DNA from: an uncultured Desulfarculus sp.
GTDB lineage: Bacteria; Desulfobacterota; Desulfarculia; Desulfarculales; Desulfarculaceae
Assembly: GCA_963665125.2 (NCBI GenBank)
Contig: CAXXUK010000001.1
Coordinates: 2,912,001-2,976,000 of the forward strand
DNA length: 64,000 nucleotides
Reading direction: 5' to 3'
The notes beneath the pieces are model-generated. The model was not told the DNA's origin. It saw only the letters and a list, made by a program, of their open reading frames with translations, and made no database searches. Positions 38,809-47,238 of this stretch are shown piece after piece. Numbering within the stretch: position 1 is the stretch's first letter; each line of letters opens with the position of its first letter. The position numbers were made by a program, and so were the translations under genes.

Positions 38809-39180
38809 CTAGTAGACCAAGGTCGCGTTGGCGCTGAGCAGTTCCTGGGTCAGCTTGGCCGCGGCCATCATCTCGGCGCCCTCGATAAGGTCGGCCTCGT
38901 CGATCTTGCGCTCCCGGATACAGGGCACGCAGACCATCAGGCGACCGCCCTGGGCCATAAAATTGTCCACCAGTTCTTTAAGGGGAGGCAGACCGGCGGC
39001 GAATACGTGCTGCATGCAGTCTCCCTTGGCCAGGGTCACGGCCGTGCCCTGCAGGGCCACCACGGCCTCTACTTCCATGGCCAGGGCGGCGTTGGCCAGC
39101 ACAAAGGGCAGAGAGGCTTTTTCCGGGTTTTCGGCGCCGTGGGTGACGATGTAGACGATCTTTTCAGTCTGTTCGCTCAT
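38809..39180 (-). CDS. DsrE-family protein
   Basis: THGAENPEKA.LPF, LQGTAV, VCVPC. Confidence 0.88.
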   Translation of the reverse strand: MSEQTEKIVYIVTHGAENPEKASLPFVLANAALAMEVEAVVALQGTAVTLAKGDCMQHVFAAGLPPLKELVDNFMAQGGRLMVCVPCIRERKIDEADLIEGAEMMAAAKLTQELLSANATLVY

Positions 39181-39232
39181 GGGATATATCCTTTCAAAAT
39201 TTATTTATTTTTTGCTGGTCCGCCGCATTTTG

Positions 39233-39529
39233 TCAGCAGGCGGCCTTGTCCGGGTAAACCAGTTGATATTTGAAGTAATCGCCGTCCTTGCCAGCCTCGC
39301 CGACCATGCCGTACTTGCGCATGGCCGACAAATACCATATGGCATCGCCGGGCGGCATTTCCAGGTCCTGGGCCACCTCCACCGGGGTGGCCGGACCCTG
39401 GGCCAGGCGCGCCTTTATGCGGTCCAGATACTTTTTCTGCTGCTTGGCCGCGGCGGCATTGGCCTTGATGGCCTCGGCGCGTTCTTTTTTCAGGGCCTTG
39501 AGGGCCTCCATGCGTTGTTCCTGATTCAT
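39233..39529 (-). CDS. Small coiled-coil plus winged-helix protein
   Basis: ATG overlaps the hdrA stop; GPATPVEVA...WYLSAMRKYG. Confidence 0.75.
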   Translation of the reverse strand: MNQEQRMEALKALKKERAEAIKANAAAAKQQKKYLDRIKARLAQGPATPVEVAQDLEMPPGDAIWYLSAMRKYGMVGEAGKDGDYFKYQLVYPDKAAC

Positions 39530-41415
39530 GATGTCGCTCCCGGGGCCATGGTTTGGGCCACGATGGCGTCGACCATGGTTTCGTATTGGCCCAGGGTCCA
39601 GCCGGCCAGTTCGATGGCCCCCTCTGGGCAGGCGGCCACGCAGACCCCGCAGCCCATGCACAGGGCAGGGTTGACCCTGGCCCTCAGGCCGTCCGCCGTC
39701 CGGACCATCTCGATGGTCTCGTCGGCCAGGCAGGCCTCCACGCAGGCTTCGCAGCCGGTGCACTTGGCCTCGTCGATCTCGGCCACGAAGGGGTCCAGCT
39801 CCACATGCCCGGCGCTGAGGATGGCCCCGGCCTTGGCCGCCGCCGCCCCGGCCGCGTTGGCCGCCTCGCTGGAGTCCATGGGGGCCTGGCAGGCCCCGGC
39901 CAGGTAAATGCCAGCCGCGGGCAGTTCCACGGGCCGCAGCTTGGGATGCACCTCCAGCAGGAAGCGGTCCGCGCCCAGGGGCAGCTTCATCTTTTCTACC
40001 AATGACTGGTTGTCGCGGGGCTCCATGCCCACGGCCAGGACCACCAGGTCCACGCCGATGGCCAGTTCCTCGCCGCCCAGCAGCTTGTCGGGCACGGTGA
40101 CGGTCAGGGCCGTTTCGTCGTCGCCCGCGCTAATCACCGGCGGGGCCTCGGGCTCGAAGCGCACGAAGATCACCCCGGAGCGGCTGGCGTTCAGGTAATA
40201 GTCCTCATGGCCCCGGCCATAGGTGCGGATGTCGCGGTATAGCTCGAAGACGTTGGTCTCGGGGAACTTTTCGCGCAGTTCGCACGAGGCCTGGAGGCTG
40301 GCCGTGCAGCAGACCCGCGAACAGTGCTGGTTGAGCTTGCCGTCCGGGCCGGGCTGGTGCACGCCGGGAATCTGGCGGCTGCCCACGCAGTGGATCATGG
40401 CCACGCTGGAAATGGGTTTGCCGTTTACCACCAGCTGATCGCCGCCGGGCTCCTGGGCCATGATCCGGATCAGCTCGGGCAGGGTGATTACCTCGGGCAT
40501 GTCGCCGTAGCCGTATTCACTACGGCGGGGCATGTAGTGTTCAAAGCCGGTGGCCAGGACCATGGCCCCGCTGACCAGCTCGATGTCCTCGGCCTGGGCC
40601 GGGGGCTCGGCGGGCAATACGCCGACAAACGGCGTGAACTCACCCTGCTTGGCCAGGCCCAGCATTTCCAGTTCATCGCCCGTAGGCGGGGTGCGCCGGG
40701 CCTTTAGCTTGAAGTTGCCCACGTAGCCGGAGTACTCGGCCAGTTCGGTGCAGGTATAGACGCTGATGCGCTGGTCGGCCATGACCTGGGCTGCCAGGTC
40801 GCTGATCAGCTCACTCGCCGCCTCGCCGTTGGGGAAGGTGCGGTCCAACTGGGCCACTTGCCCGCCCAGGAAGGGGCTCTTTTCCAGCAGGGCCACTTGC
40901 AGGCCCTGAGCCGCCAGATCCCTGGCCGCGCTCATGCCGGCCACGCCGCCGCCGATCACCGTGGCGTGGGCCTCAGCATCGACCCGGATGGGCTCCAGGG
41001 GCTCCAGTTCACCGGCCTTGGCCACGGCGGCGGCCACCAATGCCGTGGCCTTGCCCGTGGCTCCGGGGCCGTGATGGACCCAGGAGACCTGCTCGCGGAT
41101 GTTGGCGTGCTCGTACAGATACGGGCTCATGCCCGCCCTGGTGATGGCCCCGCGAAAGGTGGTCTCGTGCAGGGACGGGGCGCAGGAGGCCACCACGATG
41201 CGGTTGACCTTGCCCGACTTGATATCCTCGATAATCATTTCCTGGCCGGGGTCCGAGCACATGAAGCTGTTTTCCCTGGCCACGGCCACGTTTTCCAGGC
41301 CTCCGGTCTGTTCGACGACCTCGGCCACGTCCACGTGGTCGGAGATGTTGCCGCCGCAGTGGCAGACATACACGCCGATCTTGGGCTTTTCTTGGCCTTC
41401 GTTGATCTTGCTCAT
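39526..41415 (-). CDS. hdrA: Heterodisulfide reductase subunit A-like protein
   Basis: CHCGGNI/FMCS/SCAP N-terminal cluster motif, GGGVAG, CVGSR, CSRVCC, C-terminal 2x[4Fe-4S]. Confidence 0.9.
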   Translation of the reverse strand: MSKINEGQEKPKIGVYVCHCGGNISDHVDVAEVVEQTGGLENVAVARENSFMCSDPGQEMIIEDIKSGKVNRIVVASCAPSLHETTFRGAITRAGMSPYLYEHANIREQVSWVHHGPGATGKATALVAAAVAKAGELEPLEPIRVDAEAHATVIGGGVAGMSAARDLAAQGLQVALLEKSPFLGGQVAQLDRTFPNGEAASELISDLAAQVMADQRISVYTCTELAEYSGYVGNFKLKARRTPPTGDELEMLGLAKQGEFTPFVGVLPAEPPAQAEDIELVSGAMVLATGFEHYMPRRSEYGYGDMPEVITLPELIRIMAQEPGGDQLVVNGKPISSVAMIHCVGSRQIPGVHQPGPDGKLNQHCSRVCCTASLQASCELREKFPETNVFELYRDIRTYGRGHEDYYLNASRSGVIFVRFEPEAPPVISAGDDETALTVTVPDKLLGGEELAIGVDLVVLAVGMEPRDNQSLVEKMKLPLGADRFLLEVHPKLRPVELPAAGIYLAGACQAPMDSSEAANAAGAAAAKAGAILSAGHVELDPFVAEIDEAKCTGCEACVEACLADETIEMVRTADGLRARVNPALCMGCGVCVAACPEGAIELAGWTLGQYETMVDAIVAQTMAPGATS

Positions 41416-41435
41416 AATCAATAATCTCCTCTGGC

Positions 41436-42743
41436 TCAAGCCGCCCGGCCGCCGCTGCGGGCCGCCAGGTACTTGGCCGCGCCCATGGCCGCCGCGCCCG
41501 CCTCGGCGATGCTGTCGACGATGTCTTTTGGCCCGGCCGCCGCGCCGCAGGTAAACACGCCCTCCATGTCGGTGAGCGCCGGGGCCAGCTTGGCGTTGGG
41601 CACGCTGAGGAAACCGTCCATGGCGCTGGTGGCGTCGATGATTCCCTGGGGCTCAAAGGCCGGCAACATGGCCAAAGACATCACCACCAGGTCGTGGTCC
41701 CGGGTCACGGCCCCTCCGCCGTTCTCCTGGTCTTCGTAGCGCAGTTGCACCGAGCCGTCGGGGTTGTTGGCGCTGATGACGGGCTTGGCCTTGACAAACT
41801 CCACACCCATGGCCTTGGCGTTGTTGTAGAACTGCTCGTAGTTCTTGCCGAAGGCGCGGATGTCCATGTAGTAGATCGTCAGGTCGGCCAAAGGCAGCGC
41901 GCCGGAGAGCAGCATGGCCTGCTTGATGGCGTACATGCAGCAGACCCGTGAGCAATAGGGCTTGCCCAATTGCAGGTCGCGGCTGCCCGCGCACTGGATG
42001 AAGGCCACCGACTCGGGCTCCTTGCCGTCGCCGGGCCGCAGCACCCGCATGTACGGGCCATGGGGGGCCAGCAGGCGCTCCATCTGCAAACTGGAGATGA
42101 CGTTGTCTCCCAGGCCCGGCGCGCCGTAGGCCCTCTGGGGATAGTCGGTCATCAGCTCGAAGCCTGTGGAAAGCACCATGGCGTCGGCCTCGATGATGAA
42201 ATGTTCTTCGGTCTGGAGCTGGTCCACGGCCCCGGTGGGGCAGACCTTGGAGCACTTGCCGCACATCATGCAGTTGTCGCGGTCGATGAGGGCAAGCTGG
42301 GGGATGGCATTGGAAAACGGGATATAGATGGCCTTGCGGGCCGTGAAGCCGCCCTGCTCCTGGTCGGGCACCATCACCGGGCACTCGTATTCGCACTGGC
42401 GGCAGCCGATGCACTTGGCCGGGTCCACATAACGGGGGAGCTGGGTCACCTGGGCCTTGATATGGCCGTTCACCCGCCGGGCCCCATCCAGGCGGCACAA
42501 GGTCAGTAAGGTAATGTTTGGGTGGTGGGCCGCGGCGGCCATTTTCGGCGTGGTGATGCAGCTTGCGCAGTCCAGGGTGGGAAAGACCTTGGACAGGCGG
42601 ATCATCTTGCCGCCGATAGTGGCGTCACGCTCCAGCACGGCCACCTTGTAGCCCGCGTCGGCCAGATCCAGCGCCGCGGCCAGACCGGCTATGCCGCCGC
42701 CCAGGACCAGGCTGTCGAATCGCATGGTTTGTTCGCTTGGCAT
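41436..42743 (-). CDS. hdrA: Short heterodisulfide reductase subunit A-like protein
   Basis: GGGIAG, KVFPTLDCASC, ferredoxin insert, CAGSRD, CSRVCCMY, GPKDI. Confidence 0.9.
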   Translation of the reverse strand: MPSEQTMRFDSLVLGGGIAGLAAALDLADAGYKVAVLERDATIGGKMIRLSKVFPTLDCASCITTPKMAAAAHHPNITLLTLCRLDGARRVNGHIKAQVTQLPRYVDPAKCIGCRQCEYECPVMVPDQEQGGFTARKAIYIPFSNAIPQLALIDRDNCMMCGKCSKVCPTGAVDQLQTEEHFIIEADAMVLSTGFELMTDYPQRAYGAPGLGDNVISSLQMERLLAPHGPYMRVLRPGDGKEPESVAFIQCAGSRDLQLGKPYCSRVCCMYAIKQAMLLSGALPLADLTIYYMDIRAFGKNYEQFYNNAKAMGVEFVKAKPVISANNPDGSVQLRYEDQENGGGAVTRDHDLVVMSLAMLPAFEPQGIIDATSAMDGFLSVPNAKLAPALTDMEGVFTCGAAAGPKDIVDSIAEAGAAAMGAAKYLAARSGGRAA

Positions 42744-42766
42744 GGCTTTGGAACCTTTCCGGCGGA

Positions 42767-43189
42767 TCAGGCCGCCTTGCCCTCGCTGCCCGGTGCTCCC
42801 AACTCGGCCACCACCTCGCCCATCTTGTTCACTTCGTTCAAGAAGGCGCGGTTGCACACCGTGCAGATGGCGGTCAGGCGCAGCCGCCTGATGTCCAGGC
42901 CCCTTTGCTTCATCAGCGGATAGATGCGGTCCACCCGCTTGGCCAGGGCCTCGTAGGCTCCTTCGTAGGGGCACTCCACCCCGCAGGACATGATGATGAT
43001 GCCGCCTATTCCCTTTTCAAAGCAGTCCAGGTAGAACTGCTCCGGAAACAGGGCCGGGGTGGGGGTGCGGATTATGTAGGTGTTGTCCGGGTAGTTTTGA
43101 TGAGCCTGTCCCACCGAGTTGGCTCCGGGATAGGAGCAGTCCTCGGTGGCCAGGATCAAGATTGGATACTTGTTGGCGCAAGCGTCCAT
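42767..43189 (-). CDS. mvhD: MvhD/FlpD-like Fe-S subunit, divergent
   Basis: CSYPGAN, CGVECPY, RRLRL; adjacent to hdrA. Confidence 0.8.
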   Translation of the reverse strand: MDACANKYPILILATEDCSYPGANSVGQAHQNYPDNTYIIRTPTPALFPEQFYLDCFEKGIGGIIIMSCGVECPYEGAYEALAKRVDRIYPLMKQRGLDIRRLRLTAICTVCNRAFLNEVNKMGEVVAELGAPGSEGKAA

Positions 43190-43193
43190 GGCG

Positions 43194-43448
43194 CTACTTC
43201 TGGCGGCGCACGAAAATGCGTTCGTAGCCGTCAGCCTCCGCGTGGCCCAGGTATTCGTGCCCGACCTTCTTGGCCCAGATGGGGATGTCGTCCTTGGTGC
43301 CGGGGTCGTTGGAGAGCACCTCGAGGACCTCGCCTACCATCACCGAACCGATGGCCTTTTTGGCCTCAAGCAGGGGGCCGGGGCAGGCGCTGCCGCGGGC
43401 GTCGACACTGGAAGCGTGGCTGGGAATTTCACTAAGCAATTGAGACAT
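43194..43448 (-). CDS. tusA: TusA-family sulfur carrier
   Basis: VDARGSACPGP, DPGTKDDIPIW; AGGAGG RBS. Confidence 0.92.
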   Translation of the reverse strand: MSQLLSEIPSHASSVDARGSACPGPLLEAKKAIGSVMVGEVLEVLSNDPGTKDDIPIWAKKVGHEYLGHAEADGYERIFVRRQK

Positions 43449-43608
43449 GGTCTTCCTCCTATGAACTTTTGAAACCGTTGGTTTGAATCTCTTAATCGAT
43501 TCCACTCAGGGGCCGAATCCGGCGCTTGGGCGGAACGCTTGGGCCGGTGTTTTTTGGGGTTGCCAAAACCGCCATACCTTGATTTGCTTGTTACCGCCCA
43601 GGGATAGA

Positions 43609-43624
43609 GCAAGCATGGTGCCAA
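43609..43624 (-). promoter_or_regulatory. Sigma54 (-24/-12) promoter of the tusA-hdr operon
   Basis: Minus strand TTGGCACCATGCTTGC matches consensus TGGCAC-N5-TTGC, ~160 bp upstream of tusA. Confidence 0.8.
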
Positions 43625-43835
43625 AGAGGAAGTTACGATTATTTAAGATGGATATTCAGCAGTTTACAAAAATGATATAATCGGCGTGGCTGGCCAAAGT
43701 TAACCATATCAGAAACGTATGTTAATTTTTGTTAACCAACCCCGGATTCAATTAACGCCGCCGGTGTTGCGCTGAACATGGTCAAACCGGCCAACACAAT
43801 TGACAGGCCAAAGCCGATGTTCTAAGTAAGGTTTT

Positions 43836-45596
43836 ATGGAAAAAAGCATGGACATCTTTTTCTTGATCTTTCAGGCGGCGGTGGTCTACGCAACGGTTCT
43901 GGGCACCCACGCCGCCCGGAACAAATGGGGCCTGCACCCCTTTTACAGCCTGTTGGGCTGCCTGGCCGCCATCATGGCCTGGGTCACCGATTCCGGGGCA
44001 GCCATACAGATCGGCGAAATGACCTTTCTCGTAGGATCGACGGTCTACTATTCCGCGCTACTGTTGGGCGTGCTGGTCGTCTATGTCTTTGACGGACCCC
44101 AGGTCACCCAGCGGGCCATTTTCATCATCATCGGCGCTTCGGTTCTGACACCCATCGCCGCGGCCGCCGTGCATATGCAGGCGCACCTGGGCGGGCTGGC
44201 GGCCCAGGCCGGGGTGCCCGTGCCCAGCCTGCGCATCAACTCGGCCTCGGTCGTCACGTCGTTCATTGACTTCATCTTCCTGGCCATCACCTGGGAGTTT
44301 TTCAACCGCACCCGGAAAATCAGTCTGGCCCCAAAGGTATTGCTGGTGATGTTGGGGGTGATGTGCCTTGACGGCCTGCTGTTCACGGCCGGCGCCTTTG
44401 CCGGGCATCCGGAATACGCGGCCATTGTCCGGGCCGCCCTGCTGACCAGAATCCTGACGAGTTTGATGGCGGCCCCGGTGGTATGGCTCTACATTCAGCA
44501 CCAATTCGACAAAAAGGGCACTTTCATAGTCAACCGGCCCTTGCTGGCCATCTTGCAGCGCATGACCGAAATGGAGCGGGAACTGGGCCAGGCCCACAGC
44601 GAGATCGAGCGCCGCAAGGCGGCGGAGATCGAGCTCAAACGCAGCGAGGAGCGCCTGGCTTGCGCCATCGAAGCCAGCGGAGCGGCGGTCTACGAGGTCG
44701 ACCTGACCAACCGCAAAGAAATCTACGTCAGCGACAGGTGGTCGGAAATTCTCGGCTATGAAAAGGACGAGCTGAGCGATCCGGGAGACGTCGCGGCTTT
44801 TTGGCTTTCGAAAATTCATCCCCAGGAACGGGACAAGGTGGAATCCGCCCTGACGGCGTTTCTGGAGGGCCGCGTCCACAAACTGGATCTGGAGTTCAAG
44901 GCCAGACGCAAGGACGGCACCTGGGCCTATATCCACGAAATGGCGCGCGTCGTGGAGCACGACCCAACCGGCGCGCCGGTCAAGCTGGTGGGCGTGCAAC
45001 TGGACATCTCCGACCGGAAGCTGGCCGAACTGGAGCGCGAGCAACTCATTGACGAACTCGAGCATGCCCAGGAAAACCTGCTGAGCCTTTCCCTGCGCGA
45101 CGGCTTGACCGGCCTGGCCAACCGGCGTCACATGGATCAGGTCATGCCCCAATATTGGCGCAGATCATGGGCCGGCGGCATACCCCTGGCCGTGATCATG
45201 GCCGACATTGATTTTTTCAAGAACTACAATGACACCTACGGCCATCTTCAGGGCGACGAGTGTCTGAGGCGCATTGCCGGGGCTTTGCAGGCGGTTCTGC
45301 ACCGGCCCGAGGATTTTCTGGCCAGATACGGCGGAGAGGAATTTGTGATGATCTTGCCGGGAACCGATGCGGCCGGAGCCGAACAGGTTGCCGAGGCCGC
45401 CCGGCTGGCCGTGCATAATTTGGCAATCGCCCACGCAAGCTCGGGGGTTGCCGATACGGTAACGATTTCCCTGGGGGTGGCGTCCAGCCCCCAGAGCCGG
45501 GCCGACAGCGCGGTGACGCTGTTGAAACTGGCCGACGCCGCCCTGTACAAGGCAAAGGAGACCGGGCGCGACAGGGTTTTCTCGGCGCAAGCCTAG
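43836..45596 (+). CDS. Membrane (Vut-like) + PAS diguanylate cyclase
   Basis: ~220-aa multi-TM N-terminus, PAS/PAC (IHPQE..DISDRK), RPED..GGEEF. Confidence 0.9.
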   Translation: MEKSMDIFFLIFQAAVVYATVLGTHAARNKWGLHPFYSLLGCLAAIMAWVTDSGAAIQIGEMTFLVGSTVYYSALLLGVLVVYVFDGPQVTQRAIFIIIGASVLTPIAAAAVHMQAHLGGLAAQAGVPVPSLRINSASVVTSFIDFIFLAITWEFFNRTRKISLAPKVLLVMLGVMCLDGLLFTAGAFAGHPEYAAIVRAALLTRILTSLMAAPVVWLYIQHQFDKKGTFIVNRPLLAILQRMTEMERELGQAHSEIERRKAAEIELKRSEERLACAIEASGAAVYEVDLTNRKEIYVSDRWSEILGYEKDELSDPGDVAAFWLSKIHPQERDKVESALTAFLEGRVHKLDLEFKARRKDGTWAYIHEMARVVEHDPTGAPVKLVGVQLDISDRKLAELEREQLIDELEHAQENLLSLSLRDGLTGLANRRHMDQVMPQYWRRSWAGGIPLAVIMADIDFFKNYNDTYGHLQGDECLRRIAGALQAVLHRPEDFLARYGGEEFVMILPGTDAAGAEQVAEAARLAVHNLAIAHASSGVADTVTISLGVASSPQSRADSAVTLLKLADAALYKAKETGRDRVFSAQA

Positions 45597-45608
45597 CTCA
45601 CAACCGAT

Positions 45609-46109
45609 TCAAACCTTATTTTCGCAGTCGCGGATACACTGTTTGCAACGCGTGTCGTCGCGCCCAGTGGAGCAAAACTTGTCGAAGGACTCCAGCCAGT
45701 CCACGCCGGCCCTTGGGCATTCTCGTAAAAACGTCAGAAACGCCACCAGGCTGTTTGTTGATTCCTCGTCCAGGGCGTGTTCCACGCGACAGGCTATTTC
45801 ATCTGAATGTTCCGATTCCAGCCGCAAAAAATCATGGAAAAATTCCCTGAGCACCTTGTGGCGGCGCACTACCTCCTGGGCCTTTTTCTTGCCCAGGGTG
45901 GTCAGGGTTATATAGCTGTACGGCTCGTAGTTTATCAGCCCCCTGTCGGCAAGGGTCTTTAGTGCAGTTGTCACCGAGGCCCTGGCCACGCCGACCCTGT
46001 CGGCAATGTCCTTGGCCCTGGCCACCCTTTGCTGTTGCTCCAGGTGAAAAATCGCTTCCAGATAATCTTCCAGACTTGAAGTCAGGTCCTTTTGCTCTTG
46101 GGCTGTCAT
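45609..46109 (-). CDS. DtxR/MntR-family metal-dependent regulator
   Basis: SLEDYLEAI, RRHKVL, ACRVEH; Cys-rich tail. Confidence 0.92.
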   Translation of the reverse strand: MTAQEQKDLTSSLEDYLEAIFHLEQQQRVARAKDIADRVGVARASVTTALKTLADRGLINYEPYSYITLTTLGKKKAQEVVRRHKVLREFFHDFLRLESEHSDEIACRVEHALDEESTNSLVAFLTFLRECPRAGVDWLESFDKFCSTGRDDTRCKQCIRDCENKV

Positions 46110-46239
46110 CTCATACCCTCAACTAATTTCCGAATCGTAACTCTGTTGTTCAATTATTAATATAACCTCCTAAATTTTTTTATCACACTCTAATTTTTAT
46201 TTATAATCACATAAAAGTTTATAGGCATTACAGAAATAT

Positions 46240-47115
46240 CTATTGCGGCTTGTAGTTTTCGACCAACATTGCCTTTAGCAATTCCAGGGGGCTGACATTC
46301 AAGGAATCGGCGGCCTTTTTCAAGGGGTCGTTGCGATCGACCTTCCAGCCCAGCTTGGCCAGCCTGGCCTCGATGGCCTCCACGCCTTGGCCACTCATCC
46401 CGGCAACTTCGGGCAAGGTCTTGCGGCCGATGCCGCTGCCGGCAAAGGCCTCCTCCACTTCCTGGGGAGTGAACGTCCGAGCCTCGACCTTGGGCTGCCT
46501 TTCCAGATGCTTGATCAATACGAACAGTTCGGCCGGCGTGGTGTTGTTGGCCTTGGCGATGTCCCCAAAGCTCTGGTTTTCGCTTTCTATCTTGATGCCC
46601 TTCTGGCGCAGGGCGTCCATGGCCTGCTGCAAGGGCACGCGGGTCTTTTTGCAGAACACGGCCAGGGCCAGTTCCTCGGCATGGCCAAAGGGCGGTTCCT
46701 GGTCGGGCCCGGTGACCCACGACGCCTTGACAAAGGCATTGAAGTCGAAGACATAGCTGAACGGCGCATAGGGCAATACGCCGCTGAGGCAGATGGCCAG
46801 GGTCAGCACTGCGGCCAGGGCCAGTTCCCGGCCGAAGCGCAGGGAGCCCTTGAGCTTGGCGATGAAATAATTTTTCAGCGGGGTCCAGTTGAAATAGATG
46901 TGAAAGCCGCCCGCCGTCAGGAACAGCAGGGAGGCGATGATGTGCATGTTGGCCCACTGATCTTTGGTCAGGCCCCAGAAATGCCAGTCGGTCCAATAAG
47001 CTATGCGGCCGTGGGGCATGATGTAGGCGATGACGCCGCTTATGGCCATCACCAGAAAGGCGCAGGTGAGGATCAGCGAAGTGAGGACCCTGCCGTTGAA
47101 TTTCTTGTCTGCCAT
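46240..47115 (-). CDS. DUF4405 domain membrane protein
   Basis: SGVIAY.MP, WANMH, HIYFNW; soluble C-terminal region. Confidence 0.8.
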   Translation of the reverse strand: MADKKFNGRVLTSLILTCAFLVMAISGVIAYIMPHGRIAYWTDWHFWGLTKDQWANMHIIASLLFLTAGGFHIYFNWTPLKNYFIAKLKGSLRFGRELALAAVLTLAICLSGVLPYAPFSYVFDFNAFVKASWVTGPDQEPPFGHAEELALAVFCKKTRVPLQQAMDALRQKGIKIESENQSFGDIAKANNTTPAELFVLIKHLERQPKVEARTFTPQEVEEAFAGSGIGRKTLPEVAGMSGQGVEAIEARLAKLGWKVDRNDPLKKAADSLNVSPLELLKAMLVENYKPQ

Positions 47116-47238
47116 GAAAAGGACCTCCTGCCCGGAAATGAGAAAGACGCTTGACCCGGCTTGTATTTATATAGGTTACTTATGATTATGACCGTAAAAG
47201 TTCAAGACATTTAATTCATCCGGCGCCTGGAGGATGGT

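Noticed and set aside
75..42974. Many long antisense or alternate-frame ORFs (e.g. 75-1715, 9422-10972, 27405-29030, 33692-35407)
   Set aside because: They are shadows of real genes caused by high GC3 and carry no motifs or RBS.
39526..43189. QmoABC, or selenocysteine read-through in HdrA/MvhD
   Set aside because: No aprAB or qmoC, MvhD is separate, and the ORFs are complete without an in-frame TGA.
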